Origin: Kudoa neothunni
Lineage: Eukaryota; Animalia; Cnidaria
Assembly (NCBI GenBank): GCA_964304625.1
Contig: OZ199838.1
Span: 962,809 to 1,026,808 of the forward strand
Length of the DNA: 64,000 bases
Reading direction: 5' to 3'
Part shown: positions 1-13,819 of the stretch, piece by piece
How the letters are laid out: every line of letters starts with the position of its first letter
Position numbering within the stretch: the stretch's first letter is position 1
Notes under the pieces: model-generated
The model's database searches: none
What the model saw: the letters and a program-made list of their open reading frames with translations, nothing else
Told to the model about the DNA's origin: nothing
Program-made: the position numbers and the translations under genes

Positions 1-458
1 TTATTAAAACAATAAATATGATTATTCTACCTAATTCTAAAACTTATTATTTATAAAATCATCTCAAAAAATTCAATAATCTAAAAGTTTTGTAAATAAA
101 CAAAAAAAAAGTTTTGGACTCCCTGGACGTGACCAATTGTGCACACTTTTTTCTTGGTCCTGAGGGGATTTCGTGAAATTGACTCCTTGTCGTAATCGTA
201 TTAGTATTTAGGAAGAGATATTTAGACTATAATGTTAATAAATAAAATATTTATTTAGCGCTATAACTTTCATTAGTTCGAATATTCACCTCTTTTACAA
301 TTTTAAATTGTTCAATTATTTTCAATTTCTGAAGACCATTTTTAAAATTTAAGATTATTTACTAAAATTGTAGAAATTTAAGTGTTTAGTTACAATAGGC
401 TACAAATTAAAAACTGATAGTAGATCAATCAAAAAATTTTATATTTGATACGTTAACG

Positions 459-497
<39 letters not shown>

Positions 498-506
498 CAT
501 ATATAT
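459..506. repeat. (TA)n microsatellite
   Basis: Run of tatata visible directly in the sequence. Confidence 0.9.
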
Positions 507-1979
507 GTGGTTTTGCATTTCTTATTCTATAGGAGACGAATGTGCTCATATAAAGATAACATGGTAGATTTTATTTAGAAACACTTTGTTGAATATTCGA
601 CGTTTCACCAATTTTTGAAACATTTTTAGGTTTAATAGCTTTTTTAGTTAATATATTTGAAATAAAAGGGAGTTTAACTCTTGAGTGCCATATTCGAACA
701 TACAGAGTTTTGTTGATTTGCTATTACGAGATATTTTCCAGGTGAATGAAAATTTGGAAGTATTATGTTCAACCCAGTAAAAACACATATTGGTTTTATC
801 AACAATATAACCATTTTATCTTTAATAATTTTTAAAGGATTCATCAGGCTAAATTTTGGTATTTTCAGTATATTTCATGAACGTAGAAACTCAAAGTCAT
901 AAATTAATTTGAGGAATAGTTTATATCGTTTTAAAGATTTAAAGATTTAAAAACAATTCAATTAAAAATTCTTCATATACACAAGCATAATATAGAAATT
1001 AATTTGATTATTTAAGTAAAATATATCCATTGTTGTATACGCTGTGTGCGTGACCTTTATTTTCCAAATTTAATTTTAAATTTTTTCATTAATAATGTTT
1101 CTCATTATCAGCAATCATTTAGTTTAACGAATAAGGATTACCTGCATGTTGCAATGAAATACACTAATCATGCTAGAAATTTAACAATTTAAACAATATT
1201 TTCTTAACAAAAATTATGCAAGAATATTTCAGAATTTAACTTTTAGACCACACCACGTGGAATTAGGGCAAATCTGTGATGTATTGTGCTTTAAAGTAGC
1301 TGAAATTTATATAACTGGTATTTGAAATTCTATACAATGTATAAAAAGCATGTTCAAACAGAAATATTTGTATTTTACGTATGAGACGGATTTAACATTA
1401 ATAAGAAATTATATTACCTGAAATAATACTATTCCTAATATAACATAATAATAAATTATTAATATAATGAAGGATGTATATAAATTTTAAATATGGTCTT
1501 CAAATTTTAATTATTTTCTGAATGAGAAACAATGTTATTTCCCGAAACTTATTTTTCTAATCCTCAATCATATAAGCCAATTTATGTTATCTTGCCTATC
1601 TTACATTAAACCCAATAAAAATTAAAAAATGGAGATGATTTTATCTGTTATTTATCTCTTATGGATGAATTTTTTTTAAATAATATTTATATTGTAGTGA
1701 ACTTTGCAGAAATTTTAAAAAATCCCACCTTTTTTAGAAATAACGATAAAACTTGTCGAATAAAAATAAAATAGATTCACCAACATTATTTCGTCGTTAA
1801 ATTCAGCTATAATTTGTTCTCGCAATCTCAAATGGAATGCATCCCACTTTTATGTATATATTCTAAACGTCAGCTCATTGTAACAAAATTACAATATAAT
1901 TATATATTTGAAGAGAATGAGTCATATAAAATATTGTTAGAATAGAATTGAATTGAATTGAATTGAATGAGTTATTGCT

Positions 1980-4724
1980 TTAAAAATCTCCCCAGTCATC
2001 CCAAAGATTGTCGGTATTGGGTTGTTTGGATGACGGCTTGCGTTGTTTGTTTTCCTATTGTAAATTAAAAATTATACACGCCAAAATAGAAATTACTTCA
2101 GGGACAGAATTTTGAACCTTTTGAACCGTTGGTTGGGGTTGGGAGAATGCGAAAGAATCGTTCGCGTCTAAATCTAGATTCCAACCCCAACCATTTGCAT
2201 CACTAATTTGAGTCGGAATAACACTAGTATTTTTCGTTTCGTTAGTAATATTAGAAGGAAATTGGTTATTCTTAATTTCATGTTGAACGATATTGGTGTT
2301 ATTTCGTGGATTCTAAATGATCATAAACATACCTACCAATTAAAAATAATAATCACATATAAGTAATCAATTTTCGGTTGCTGATTTTCGCAGTTTGTAT
2401 TCGAAAGACTGTAATCAACGTCATTATCAAAAATGGTGAGACATGAGTTCAGGGTGTTCAATTGTTGGTTTGTAGCATTGATATTTTCTGTATCATAGTA
2501 AATATCATTGTAATAAGACGTGAGAGGGTTGCTGACAGTTTCAGAAATGTACAAAATTATATTATTGACACAGTTGACGGCATCGTTCCTAACAAGTTGA
2601 TTAGAACAAAGAAGAAGTTGAGTGACCGGAGGAAGCACGTCACAAACGAGTAGACTGAAGTCGAGAGACCGATGACTTTTTACAAAGAACTCCAAAATAT
2701 CATGGATAACACGAGTGGGTCTTTTACTCAAGCTAATAAGTTTATGTGCGAGGGACTTTAAAATGATTTTCAGTGAATCCGATTTTAAATCTGGCACCAC
2801 CTATTTACAAACCACAACAATTTAATCCACAGTTCCAACCAACCAACCAACAAAAATAAGATAGACACAATTTCAAGTGATATAGTGTTACATTTTCAAA
2901 AGAATCAAGCATAGCAAGCTCCACATTTCTATTGTTAGTTTCTTCGAAAACTTTCACAAGAAAAGGCAACAACTTGCTATGAGTTTCATTAGTGGGAAGG
3001 AATTTGACAAAAATAGGAATGCATTTGATCGATTCCAATTTTAACTCGAGTAAACTATCAGTGAATCCGAACACATATTGGGACACTATCTTTTTCCCAA
3101 TATTTTTGCTATCATTCAAGTAGTTTAATGTCGCTTCAGCCTAAAATTAATAAGTATGTTTATTATGATTTTTAATGGTGAAATCGGAGGATTGAGTATT
3201 CGATAAAATTCAACAATTAATTACCGATTTCAATAGATACATACGAGTACCTCTATCGGTTGAGGTCCACAGTTGGTAGATGGTATCTTTGATCAATTCA
3301 TGATTTACATATTTGAAGGTGGTGTCATTATTGGAGGCGGAATTATTCAGGAAATTAACAAAAACACAAATAATTGCGGGTTGGACGATGTGGAGTAGTT
3401 TACCAAAAGTGTAAAAATTCATCAAAACTGGAAACAACATGAAAATTCCTAGTTCAGTTGAAACATATTTGATTTCTCGATTGTAGGTGTGGAAAAAGTT
3501 CACCAATTCATCATCATTAAGTAACTACAAGATTAAATAAAAAATCATTAAGAAATTATTTAAAAAAATATACATATAAATTTAAAAGTTGGCACCTAAA
3601 AACAACTGCTCGGCTAGAAAATATTCCTGGAGGTTGTTTTTGATGTTCGATTTCATTTTTCAAATCAACCTCCCCGCATTGCAACAATTTTCTATAAAAC
3701 TTGTGGATTGATGACGGCAGCTAAATTTACAAATTCTCTCTAGTGATGAGCTACTATAGTAATAATAATTGTTACAGTCTCATAACAATTGAGAATAGAG
3801 TGGTTTAGACGAGACGACCATTTGGTTTTGTTTTCCCAATTATACACCACGTAAAGAAAACAACCCAACGACCACATATCAACATTCCTCGTACTAATTA
3901 TATTTGAATTTGTATTCATGGAAATGAATCAATATCTTACGAAAATCTCTCCATTGGAAATCCAACGACGTAATCATTTCCTCGAGCGAAATTGTTGAAC
4001 AATTGCGTGGCGTTTCTATCCCCAATATCACAACAACAACCGAATCCAGATATTTTCCAATCCAACTGTTGGGTTACAAATATTGAATTCAATGAGAAAT
4101 TTGTGAGTTGTAATTTTGCGTTATTATGTAGAAAATCCATACATTCCTATATACAACAAATCACCTCAATCAACTACGCACTTGAACACCTACCAAAATA
4201 CACAGCACCCCATAAGAAATAGAATCATCAAATGAATCATTCCGAACAATCTTATTTAAATATTGTTCCAAAGGAATAGCGTATTCGGTCACTAATGTTA
4301 TATTTTCTGAATCCTATTGCAATTGACATTGCGTTCATAAAAAAACAACTATAAACACAAAATCACTTCATCACTGTATTTATATTTGAGAATGAATGGA
4401 TGATGTAGTGTTTTACATTTTGCCACATTTCTACGAGCTATCGAAACCTAACAACCAATTTAAAATCTAAAAACAACATTCTACGTTACATTTTCAACCG
4501 TTGTCTTTCTAATGTTGAGACGATGTATAAGCACCCTTTCTTTGTTTTTCTGTGATATTCGCTAATTAAATCTAATTTTGTTTTTTCTAAGATACTTTGT
4601 CATATCCAGACTGTAGCGTCCAGCCATTTTGAGGATTACTTTCCGATGAAATCAAGTATTCTTCCAAGGTAAATGGAAACGTCAAGCTTGACGTTAAGCT
4701 ACTAAGCTTCCACAAATAGTCCAT
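1980..4724 (-). CDS. SCY1-like pseudokinase with HEAT repeats (SCYL1/SCYL3/Cex1 family), multi-exon
   Basis: Manual splicing gives MDYLWKLSSLTSSLTFPFTLEEY...GWTLQSGYDK, KCKTLHHPFILKY, ITLVTEYAIPL, MDFLHNNAKLQLTNFSLNSIFVTQQLDWKISGF and DMWSLGCFLYVVYN. These parallel SCYL1 KTLRHPNIL, HVVTEAVTPL, VFVDRAGEWKLGG and DMWRLGCLIWEVFN. HEAT-like exons follow (ORFs 3210-3506, 2805-3119, 2333-2800) and the protein ends NLWDDWGDF*. Confidence 0.85.
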
Positions 4725-5039
4725 TCATTAATTTTTCAACTGTACTGGAAGAAAACTGAGTTATAATATCCTCCCGATGTTTACCGGAGGATTAAACGGA
4801 GTATATCGATTAATAAAAAACGTTATTTTTTACATCTTATAGTTTTTAAAATTATCCGAAAAATATATGATAACATTTTTAAATAATATCTTGTTGATTT
4901 AAATTATTTAAAAGGAATATTTATAATTAGTAAAATTTTCTAGAATTCATTTTAATTTAATTATTTGTATAATAAAAATAAATGAATCTATAGTTGATGA
5001 GTTATTTGCAAATGTAAAATGGAATGCGCGCGTGGCAAA
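4725..5039. promoter_or_regulatory. Putative bidirectional promoter between the SCYL-like gene and HUS1
   Basis: 315 bp AT-rich gap between two divergent ATGs; positional inference only. Confidence 0.5.
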
Positions 5040-6246
5040 ATGAAGTTTGTTGCAAAGTTGTTAGACTGTGCTTCTCTTCAAACCTTCACAAGTATAATTA
5101 CCACCAATACCCACAACAATACCTCTAATCATAGAACATCTATCCGAATTATGCTCACCACTATGGAAATTTTCTATTATTATGTTCACTCCAGCTCAGG
5201 TGATCTTCATCTCCCAAGATAACAACCATAAAAACCCAAATTCAATTCATTACGAGTTTGAGCAGGTGTCTCTCGTATGTGATATTTGTGGTTAATGTTG
5301 GAAAATATAGTCCACATTGTGCAGCTATTATCGTATCCAAGGTAAAGATGAGCGTAACCATATTTTACTAGATGTGAGCGCTTCGGTGTTTGCTGGAATA
5401 CTTAAAAATTGTATCAACGCAAGCCAAATCAAAATCAAACTGGTCAAACGACAAACTCCTATGCTTGTGTTTGAAATCCAACTTGTAATCTAATCGATTG
5501 TCACAACACATTTTTGTTTTGTGTTAGTACAGCTGCTAACTAGTGACTAGAATAGATCAAATACTAGTGATGATGGTGTTGGTGATTCTGAAGCGAACGC
5601 CTCACGTACTGTCGAACATTTTGTACCAGCTCACATCATATCAATGAGAGTGTGGGATAGTTACTTACTCAGATATCCCAACACTCCCAACCAAGTAAGT
5701 CTCAAAATTGATCATATGCACAACCAACTATGAGATTTATAATATGAACACGATTTTGTAGATGTCGATTGAAATCCAAAAATCAGAGAGAATGAAATTT
5801 ATTTTGGATTCACTTCGAAACATCTCCTCACTTGTTGTATTATTTTGTAATATTGTGATGATTGCTTATAGTATCTATAGAATTTCACAATTGAACCTTC
5901 TCCTAGAAAACTACGTGTAAGAGCGAAATCTGATGATATGACCGTATCTCTCAGTATACCCCCCGGGGCCGAGACTAATCACATTGATATGCAAGAGTGT
6001 TCAGACGCTGATGCGATTCAACCAAGTCCATCCTCAATTAAAATCACGTTTTAAGCTAATTTTTAATTAGGCGTAACTATTGATTCGAAAAAAATGTTCC
6101 ATTTTCTACTCAACCATCAACAACATATACAACAATGCTCAATGGATGTGACCATTTACCATGACACTGCTATCTACGTGAAAATTAGTTCTTCCTCATC
6201 CAAGCTGATTTTTAGGCAAGCAGCTATCGTAGTGGACAGTCAGTAG
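5040..6246 (+). CDS. HUS1: Checkpoint clamp (9-1-1) subunit HUS1, multi-exon
   Basis: MKFVAKLLDCASLQTFT matches HUS1 MKFRAKIVDGACLNHFT. ILKNCINASQIKIKLVKRQTPMLVFEIQL matches [40 protein letters not shown] matches RIVTHDIPIKVI, and VTIDSKKM matches VHIDIRKL. Ends AAIVVDSQ* (TAG 6244-6246). Confidence 0.88.
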
Positions 6247-6459
6247 TTTTTAATGTCATTTTTTGCATGTACATTTTTGGTGTGGTAAATAAACTCTGCG
6301 TGACATATAATAATATAATGTAAGATATTAGTTCCACTTTCTTTTTTGAGTGTACCGTGTTTTCTTTAACATAAGACGATCTTATATTTTTTTTGATTTA
6401 ATAAGGAGCATTAGGTCTTATATTTGTAACAGACAAAACTTCCTGACTTAATATTTAGC

Positions 6460-8343
6460 TCATATAATAGAATAAAAAAAGACTATTTTATATAGACAAA
6501 ATAATAGTTTTATTGAATAACTACTTTGTCCAATTATGACAGATATGACAGATATGACAGATAACAGATAGATATGACAGATATGACAGATAACAGATAT
6601 AACAGAGGAGTCTTCACTAGCTGTCATATTTTGTTTCCGCCTCAAAATCAGTTGATGTGTCAATTGAGTTGTCATCATTTTCAAAAATTCCCTCCTGAGT
6701 AATGATGAATAGAATAAATTTTTGTATATACACAACGCATTAATCAGATTGATATCAACCATGTTAAAGAAAACAACTAACAGTCAACGACAACTTATTC
6801 GTCTAACATTTATTGCACCCAATAATCTGGAAATTGTATCAACTCCATGTCATACTGCATTATAATGCATCACAACATCTTGTTTAAATGGCTTTTCTGT
6901 TGATATTTGGGTGTTTGTAGAGGAGTAACAATGCATATATCTCAGTATCATTTTTTTGTTATTAACAACAAAAAGAGATGAATGAAGAGGGGTCATTCTA
7001 TTCGGTCTCAAATATGACGGTATCTCCCTCTTATTTGAACGCATCGTTCCAATAATCTTAGTTCTGTTGTAATAATTCATCCGATAAGTCAATTGACGTG
7101 AAAAAATTGTCGCATACCACATTTCGACCAGAACTTTCAAATGGTTCCACTAACTTTAAAACAATATTCCTCCCAAAATTCACAGCTTTGTATCAATTTG
7201 ATATTAATCTCTGAAATAGAAAATCGCATTGCAAACAAAAGTTGACTTTGGGTCAATTGTTAAAAAAACTTTAGGCCATATTTTGAAGGTTTTTTGGCAT
7301 ATATTGTTTGAATTTACAATGATCTCTTAAAGTTACAAGTTGCTCGTCGATGCAAAGATCCTCGAAAGGTCGAAAACTCTGGATAAGCGAGTCAACCCAG
7401 ATATCCCAGAGTTCACGAATGTGGAAAAATTTATCTAACGTATTTCCAAATCGTCGAAATGAAAAGTTCTCTTGATTTATCAGAATCTATTCAAAGAAAA
7501 TAGGTCATGATAAACTTTTCTCCTCTCTGCTAACCCAAACAATTCTTTGACTGGTTGTTGATTATCGTCAAATATGCCCATTAACAATAAACATCCGATG
7601 AATCCATCGAATTCTACAGTATCTAAATGCTTCCAAGCATCACCAAAAATTTTTTCGCCATATTGATTTGTGTATTTTAAAATTAAATCATATATTTCCT
7701 GGTAAAAAAAACACTTAAACGTATCAATAATTTCATTTAAATTCTGCAAAACGAAAGACGAGATATCAGTACAACTGGTAAAAATATTTTCCGCTACAGT
7801 AATAGAAGTGAAGTCGAGGGTTTTTCAATTGTCTATAAGGTTCCGTTCTTATCTATTAAAGAGTCAGATGGAGCGTTCGTTTCAACTTCCGAATTAACTG
7901 ATGACGTATCACACATAAAGGTATAATCCATCTCTGAATAATCAGTATCAAAATAGTTACCGCTATATTCAATTAAGCTCGCATCCTTAATGGGTGATTT
8001 AACGCATGCGCGTTGATATAAGTCCAGTAATATTTGTTGATTTAAACAATAATTCGTCGACGAAAGTTTATTAAATTTACCAAAAAAATAATATTTTTTA
8101 TCCGGAACAATTTAGTCTAAAAAAATGTGGGGTATACAAATACCCTAATTTTACTCGGAGGTACTTTTGCGTTATATTTTGTTTTAAAAACAAAAAAATT
8201 ATTTTAATCAGGTATATTATGTATTATAAAACGTTGAAAGGTTAAATGGAATATAAGAAATTTTACTCTTAGATCCGAGGTAAGAATAAAAGATTAAATA
8301 GGCCTGGTGTATAAAAATACCACATTTTACTTGGATGGTTAAG
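6460..8343 (-). mobile_element. Degenerate piggyBac (PGBD-type) transposon
   Basis: Frameshifted transposase motifs on -: ILKYTNQYG...FIGCLLLMGI, DLCIDEQLV, KPSKYGLK, IIGTMRSNKREIP, VVMHYN, MVDINLINALCIYK...RREFL. The 5' end lies at GGTTAA (8338-8343), matching the TTAA target. Confidence 0.85.
6536..6606. repeat. Imperfect tandem repeat of (ATGACAGAT)
   Basis: atgacagatatgacagatatgacagataacagata... visible directly, at the 3' end of the piggyBac ORF. Confidence 0.85.
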
Positions 8344-8615
8344 TAACTATCAAACAAAATTAAATTATTGTGAATAGTTTGTTTTATAATTTACAATATT
8401 ACTGTTTAAAGTATTATAGTAGGTCGTATTTTTGGATTATTACTTATATTCTAAATTAGCTAAAAATAACCATTAGACCTATCTTTCGGTTATGGCATAT
8501 ATTACACGTTAACTATGGAATACCGTTAGGACCTATTTTCGGGATGGATATTATAATCCGGGAAACACGACAGACGAAAACTCACCTTAGTATTCATATC
8601 GTAATAAACTCGAAT

Positions 8616-10070
8616 TTAACCCTTTAATTATGCGAAAAACCGACATCTTCCAACGATTTTTGTGCTGTAATACACCCCGCTCTTTCTTTGGTCGTATTTA
8701 TTTATAAAATAATTATAAATAAAGTGGTAAAATTACAACAATTTCTATCGACTATTTTTATAACAAAACGGCAATAATTAAACTAAATAATCCCTCTAAA
8801 TTCGGTAAATGAGATGTTGACAGCCCCTGACTCTTTCTCACAGGAAAAAATAAAATATAATAACACAATGAATACTATTTTCTCAATAAGGACCACTTTT
8901 ATAGTTACAATGACGTTCCTAACAATTACAAAATTGCATGAAGAATGTTCCTTATATTATGGCCTTCCAAATAAATTGGAATACAGTATTATTTCACGAC
9001 AAATATTTTGTTCAAAGAAAATAGAAAACAATCAGAAATAAAGTTAACTCTTTGATAACAGTAAGTCGCTGGTACTATGCGACCATTCATAATATTTTCA
9101 ATGGAAGTTCCTGATGCAGAGGGCTTGTTTAGGTTCAACACAATGCAATTCTTACTGTTCAATGATCTGTATACGATATGGGATCCAACAAATTCATCCA
9201 TATATTCAGAATGTCTTGAAATAATCATCCAATTGGTTACCAGATGATTGGTTTCCACTATTGTAGGTTTCAGAGCTATTCGGCATTATTAAGGATTTTG
9301 ATAGATAGTACGTTTAGGTATGCTATAAAATATGACTTAACATTTCATTTTATATTCAAAAATTAGGTAATAAATGTTTATTTGTGACTATTACTCTACT
9401 TTAAATTTAATTTTAATTAAAAAATAAATTAACAATTTACATGTTGGAAATTCGGAACAAATATTGTTATAACATTTTCTAAATCGTGAATAAGTTACCC
9501 AAAAAAATTCATAAACTAAAAAACGCGATAAGAAATGCCATCGTTAAATTGAAACATCTTCGTTCTAACTTTGAATAGAATAAAACAGAATGTTCTGTTT
9601 TTTAAATACGAAGTCAAGGTTGAACATTTACTAATTTATTATTAACAGATACAAATAAAAAAAATCAGTGAACAATTAATGACTTTGAAATTGTTAAAAT
9701 TTTAGAGAAATAATAATTTTTTTGATGTATTTATCAACAACAGAGATTCCGCGCGAATCCATATGTGCTCGACTTAACATTTATTTCCAGTTTATAGGTA
9801 AATTCTTTTTAAGCTGAATTTAATTACATATAATAATTATTTCTGATTTTGTATGCGACATCGCCAGAAGTTCGTACACTAATACTGTAGTTCAGCTGAT
9901 ATTTTAAAAGAAAATTTCCCCTAACATTCATTATAAAAATCCACTGTGAGCGACTCACATTATCTTGTTAATACATTGACTTAATCTCTTCGAACTAGAG
10001 GATAATTCCTATACCCTCGACTTTTTGAAGCCCTAGACGTAATACACCCCAAAATCGTAAGAGGATTAAA
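8616..10070. mobile_element. Putative non-autonomous piggyBac-like element
   Basis: Begins TTAA-CCCTTT and ends AGGA-TTAA. Both ends carry a related GTAATACACCCC subterminal motif. No intact transposase inside. Confidence 0.4.
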
Positions 10071-11249
10071 AAAATATGCCAATTAAAATATTTGTTACTT
10101 TAATTTAAATTAATTTAAAAATTTTTTAATTATAGTTTAGTATTGAAGATTATCAAAATCATTATTTTATATAATTTAAGCGTTCACAATTCCAACAAAA
10201 AACATCGAGGTAATTCCAAACTGCTCTGCGTTACGAGAACAATATACATCGATCGTATTGGATACCAGCAAAATTCAAAATCTAAGTTTCAATTGGAAAG
10301 GGACATTTTAGCCCTCGCGTAATTTTATAATTTATTTGTATTTTTTCTGGTCGGAATTTTTATATCATTGAGTCCTAAGACAAAACTATTGAAAAATATA
10401 ATTGAAATTTGAATTTTATGATATTCTAGTACGCATATTTTAATTCGAAATTAAGCATCATAGAATGTATAAAAACGTTTAAAAAGATTCTTTGTGTTAA
10501 AATCAACTACGGATGCATTCTCTTCTTTTAGTATATGCAATAATTTCTTAATTTTCAATCAGCTTTGTGAATATTGAAAACAATACATTTCAAAAACTTC
10601 TGTTCAAACAGGGCATTAATGGAAAGGTCGAATATATTTCGCTAATGTTTCCAATAATCAAAGTTGTTTGAGCCGGTAGTTTACAACATTAAAAAAATTA
10701 ATATCTTTTATCTTTTTAAGAAGGAGAAATTCTAAGTTAATCTATTTACAATAAATAATACAGTATTTCAACATCGACTTGCAAACGATACATGCACTAA
10801 CATAATAAGCCAAATGGAACCGAACTCTAAGATTATAATAGGCATTACTTAGTTAAATCAACATAGTTTGATCTAAAATTATGTGTTTAATTTTATAAAT
10901 TTATTTTAATAATTAAAAAAAGAGAAAACCTAAATATTATAGTTTAGGTCTTTATTTTGCCATAATGATATGATGCCAAAATAAAAATAATATTACGCAA
11001 TATTATGCACTAAAGACATAGTTTTTCTCGAGGAATCTTCAATTTATTTATTAGTGAATATTTTCCATCCAATTCGTCCCTATTGTAATATTGTAAAGGT
11101 TTATTTTTCTACCTTGAATATGACGCGATTTAATCCATTAGTTTAATACGATGCAAAAAGTCGCCCTCCAAAAAAAAAATTATTCCCCAAACGACAAAAA
11201 ATAATAAGATAGTTAATTATCGATAATTTCAGAATTAAGACATCTGGTG

Positions 11250-11950
11250 AAGTATGTCTCTGCGTGATTAAAATAATTCGAGCATCGTCAATAAGATATT
11301 TCTTGGGGTGAGTTTTATATTGCTGTAATCAAATCTTGTTGATTTAGTGGATTTTTACTCCTAACGATGGATTTGAGTTGATGGAATAACTCCTGAATGG
11401 GATTTAGGAAGAGACCTTTGTGTCTACTCGTATTAATAATGCTCAGGACAGCATCAGTTTTATGAAGCGTCACATAAGCCATGATTATTAATGAATTTGG
11501 AATGTTATTTTCATCCAATTTGAAGGTCTAAAGTTTAGTGTAGGTGACAGCGAAAATCCAGATTCATCAATGAACACGATATAGGGTAACTCTGTTTTTC
11601 GATTAAAATAAAGATATCGTAGAACCCAATTATAAAACATTTAGATTATAACTAAATTAACAACAGCTTTTTTCTTTTAATTATGTTTTCAGGCGAATTT
11701 CGGGCAACTGGGACTAATGATATTTTTTTAGGGAGTAATGGAAACTCCCCAAAACATTGCTTATGGTTTGCCTCGACACACTCAAGTATATGCTTTTTAT
11801 CCCAGGCTTAAAATAGATCGTCTAACTCCATCTATCTTTTTAGAAGCATCAAATATAGCGTCGAACTGTTTTATTATTCGACCAACGGCACTAGGATGGC
11901 ATCGGCAATCTGCTGTCTTGTATTCCCTCCTTTTAAATAGAATTTAATAT
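11250..11950 (-). mobile_element. Tc1/mariner (IS630-like DDE) transposase remnant
   Basis: On -: IVFIDESGFSL (first catalytic D), then LIIM...HK...LFLNPIQELFHQLKSIVRSKNP, matching Tc1 SPxLNPIE. Disrupted by deletions and stops. Confidence 0.75.
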
Positions 11951-12136
11951 AATTTCAAACTCGCATAATCAAACATCGTAAAATTTAATATTGAAATATT
12001 GTATTATAGTTAATTGTATTTAATAGTACAGTCTTAAGAAAATAAAATTGGTGAATGAATGTGCCAGTAAATATCCATGGATAAAACAATATGAAATTAT
12101 TCTTAATTTCTCATTATATATATATATATATATATA

Positions 12137-12260
12137 TACAGTCGAACCTCAATTATCTGGGAAACGCGCTATCCGGAAGATAATTTAAACTTTATTTGAA
12201 TTTTATTGAAATAATGTGTCTATAAATGTTCGATTATTCGGAATGTGTGTAACCGGAACA
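12137..12260. mobile_element. pogo/Tigger-type terminal inverted repeat next to a (TA)n run
   Basis: ta-CAGTCGAACCTCAATTATCTGGGAAACGCGCTATCCGG, same family as the TIR ending near 39068. Confidence 0.5.
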
Positions 12261-13103
12261 ACTATTTAAATCCATATTTCCAGAGGAAAGTATCACCCAT
12301 CACCGTACGACATACATTGCATTGCAGTCTATATACCAACGCAATGCCTAAAACAAAAATATTTTTAGGTTAATTATTAATAAATTTTTCTCTTTAAACT
12401 TAAGTTAAATATTCATTTATTTTAAGAATTTATACTACATCTGAACATACGCATGTATGTGCATTAAATAGATATTAATTGTGGATAATTTAAAAAAAGT
12501 AGATTAATCCTTTGTAGATGTGCCATTATCCAATAGTTATGTGCAGATTTTCCTTTAAATCTTCATATTCTTAATTAATAGATATGTCAATATTTTCAAT
12601 TCAGTTGGCAGAGAATAAACTATTTTATTTAATAAACAGTGAAAAAAGTTTATAAATCAAATAATCATCTAAGTAGAAATTTCATAAAATATGTGCGCAT
12701 ATTTTATTCGTTATGTTAGATTATAATATTCTCAATTTGTTATTTTACACAAAAAGCTTATAATAAAAAAGAACCAAGTTGACTCAATTTGGTGTTAAAC
12801 AATTCAGAAATATAAAAATTTGTAACTTTACAGAACTCAACAAAACCCACCTACGACTTTAATAAGTAATAAAAAAGATACTAAACAAGTCTAGGCTTCC
12901 CATAAAACTGATATCATACTCAACCAACCAACCAACCAACCAATTAAATTAAAGAATGAAGACATCTTCTCACAATAACTAAAATTATGACGGATTTATT
13001 ATTAGGCTAGGCATGTTCGGACAGCCGAAAAAATCAACAATGTGTGTGTGTCAATTTCAAATAGTTAAACTATATCTAGCCCATAATTAAACACGTTGTT
13101 TAG

Positions 13104-13819
13104 CTAGTATTTAGTCTTTGTGAGACCATCCTTCCAGAAGAAAAATTCGGCAGAGTTGCCATCATCACTCACAATAGCAAAAGGAACCATGCAATCGGTG
13201 TCATATTCGGAGTTGGTGTAGAATGAGAAATCATCAAATTTAGGAAGAAGTTCATTCTTAAGGAAATCCATGGCACCTGCCTTCAGTTGGGTAGCTCTAC
13301 ATTGATAATATTTTATTGAGGATCAATTTTAAATATATAAATGTGGAATAAGATCGTTTTACCTTTCAGCATTATTATTCGATTCCAAATGGCTGACTAT
13401 TTTCTTTAGGTAAGCAGAAAGAGTACCTTTGAATTGATTTTTGTCAAAACCGAATTCTTTAAGACCTTGGTCGATAACGATATCAAAGTCCAACATATTA
13501 TTTCCTTTGCCATAAGTTCCGGCATCACCGTCATCATCGGCCTCTCCTTTTTCACCGCTGATTCCAGCGTCCCCAGTGTTGGCACCGAAAAGTGAAGGAT
13601 CCAAATCAACATTTGACGATTTTTTCTACAGACAATTAAAATATATGCAGAATACACCCACCCAAAATACCACAGCCTTAACTTTATACAACACATCGTT
13701 GTAATCTGTCACCTCGTAGTTATCATCAAACAACTCTTCCTCTATCAAGTAGATGTATTAGTCTTTTCATCCGATGTTAGAAAATTTTTACTTGAAAATA
13801 TGTCTGCAAAAACGTACAT
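13104..13819 (-). CDS. TPT1: Translationally controlled tumour protein (TCTP/histamine-releasing factor), 4 exons
   Basis: MYVFADIFS|EELFDDNYEV...VYKV|...DPSLFGANTGDAG...DIVIDQGLKEFGFDKNQFKGTLSAYLKKIVSHLE|...FDDFSFYTNSEYDTDCMVPF...FFFWKDGLTKTKY*. Matches TCTP motifs MIIYRDLIS, IGGNASAE, FTGENMNPDGMV and FFKDGL. Confidence 0.93.

Larger units (their letters stand above)
6353..8571. mobile_element. pogo/Tc2-like MITE interrupted by a piggyBac insertion
   Basis: Left end ta-CCGTGTTTT...ATAAGAC (6353) and right end ATCCGGGAAACACG (8556-8569) are imperfect inverted repeats. GGTCTTAT/GACCTAT-like subterminal repeats occur near both ends. Confidence 0.5.

Noticed and set aside
6536-6606. Short repeat array as a possible CRISPR or telomeric repeat
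   Set aside because: No spacers, 6-9 bp units, eukaryotic context, and it lies inside a piggyBac remnant.
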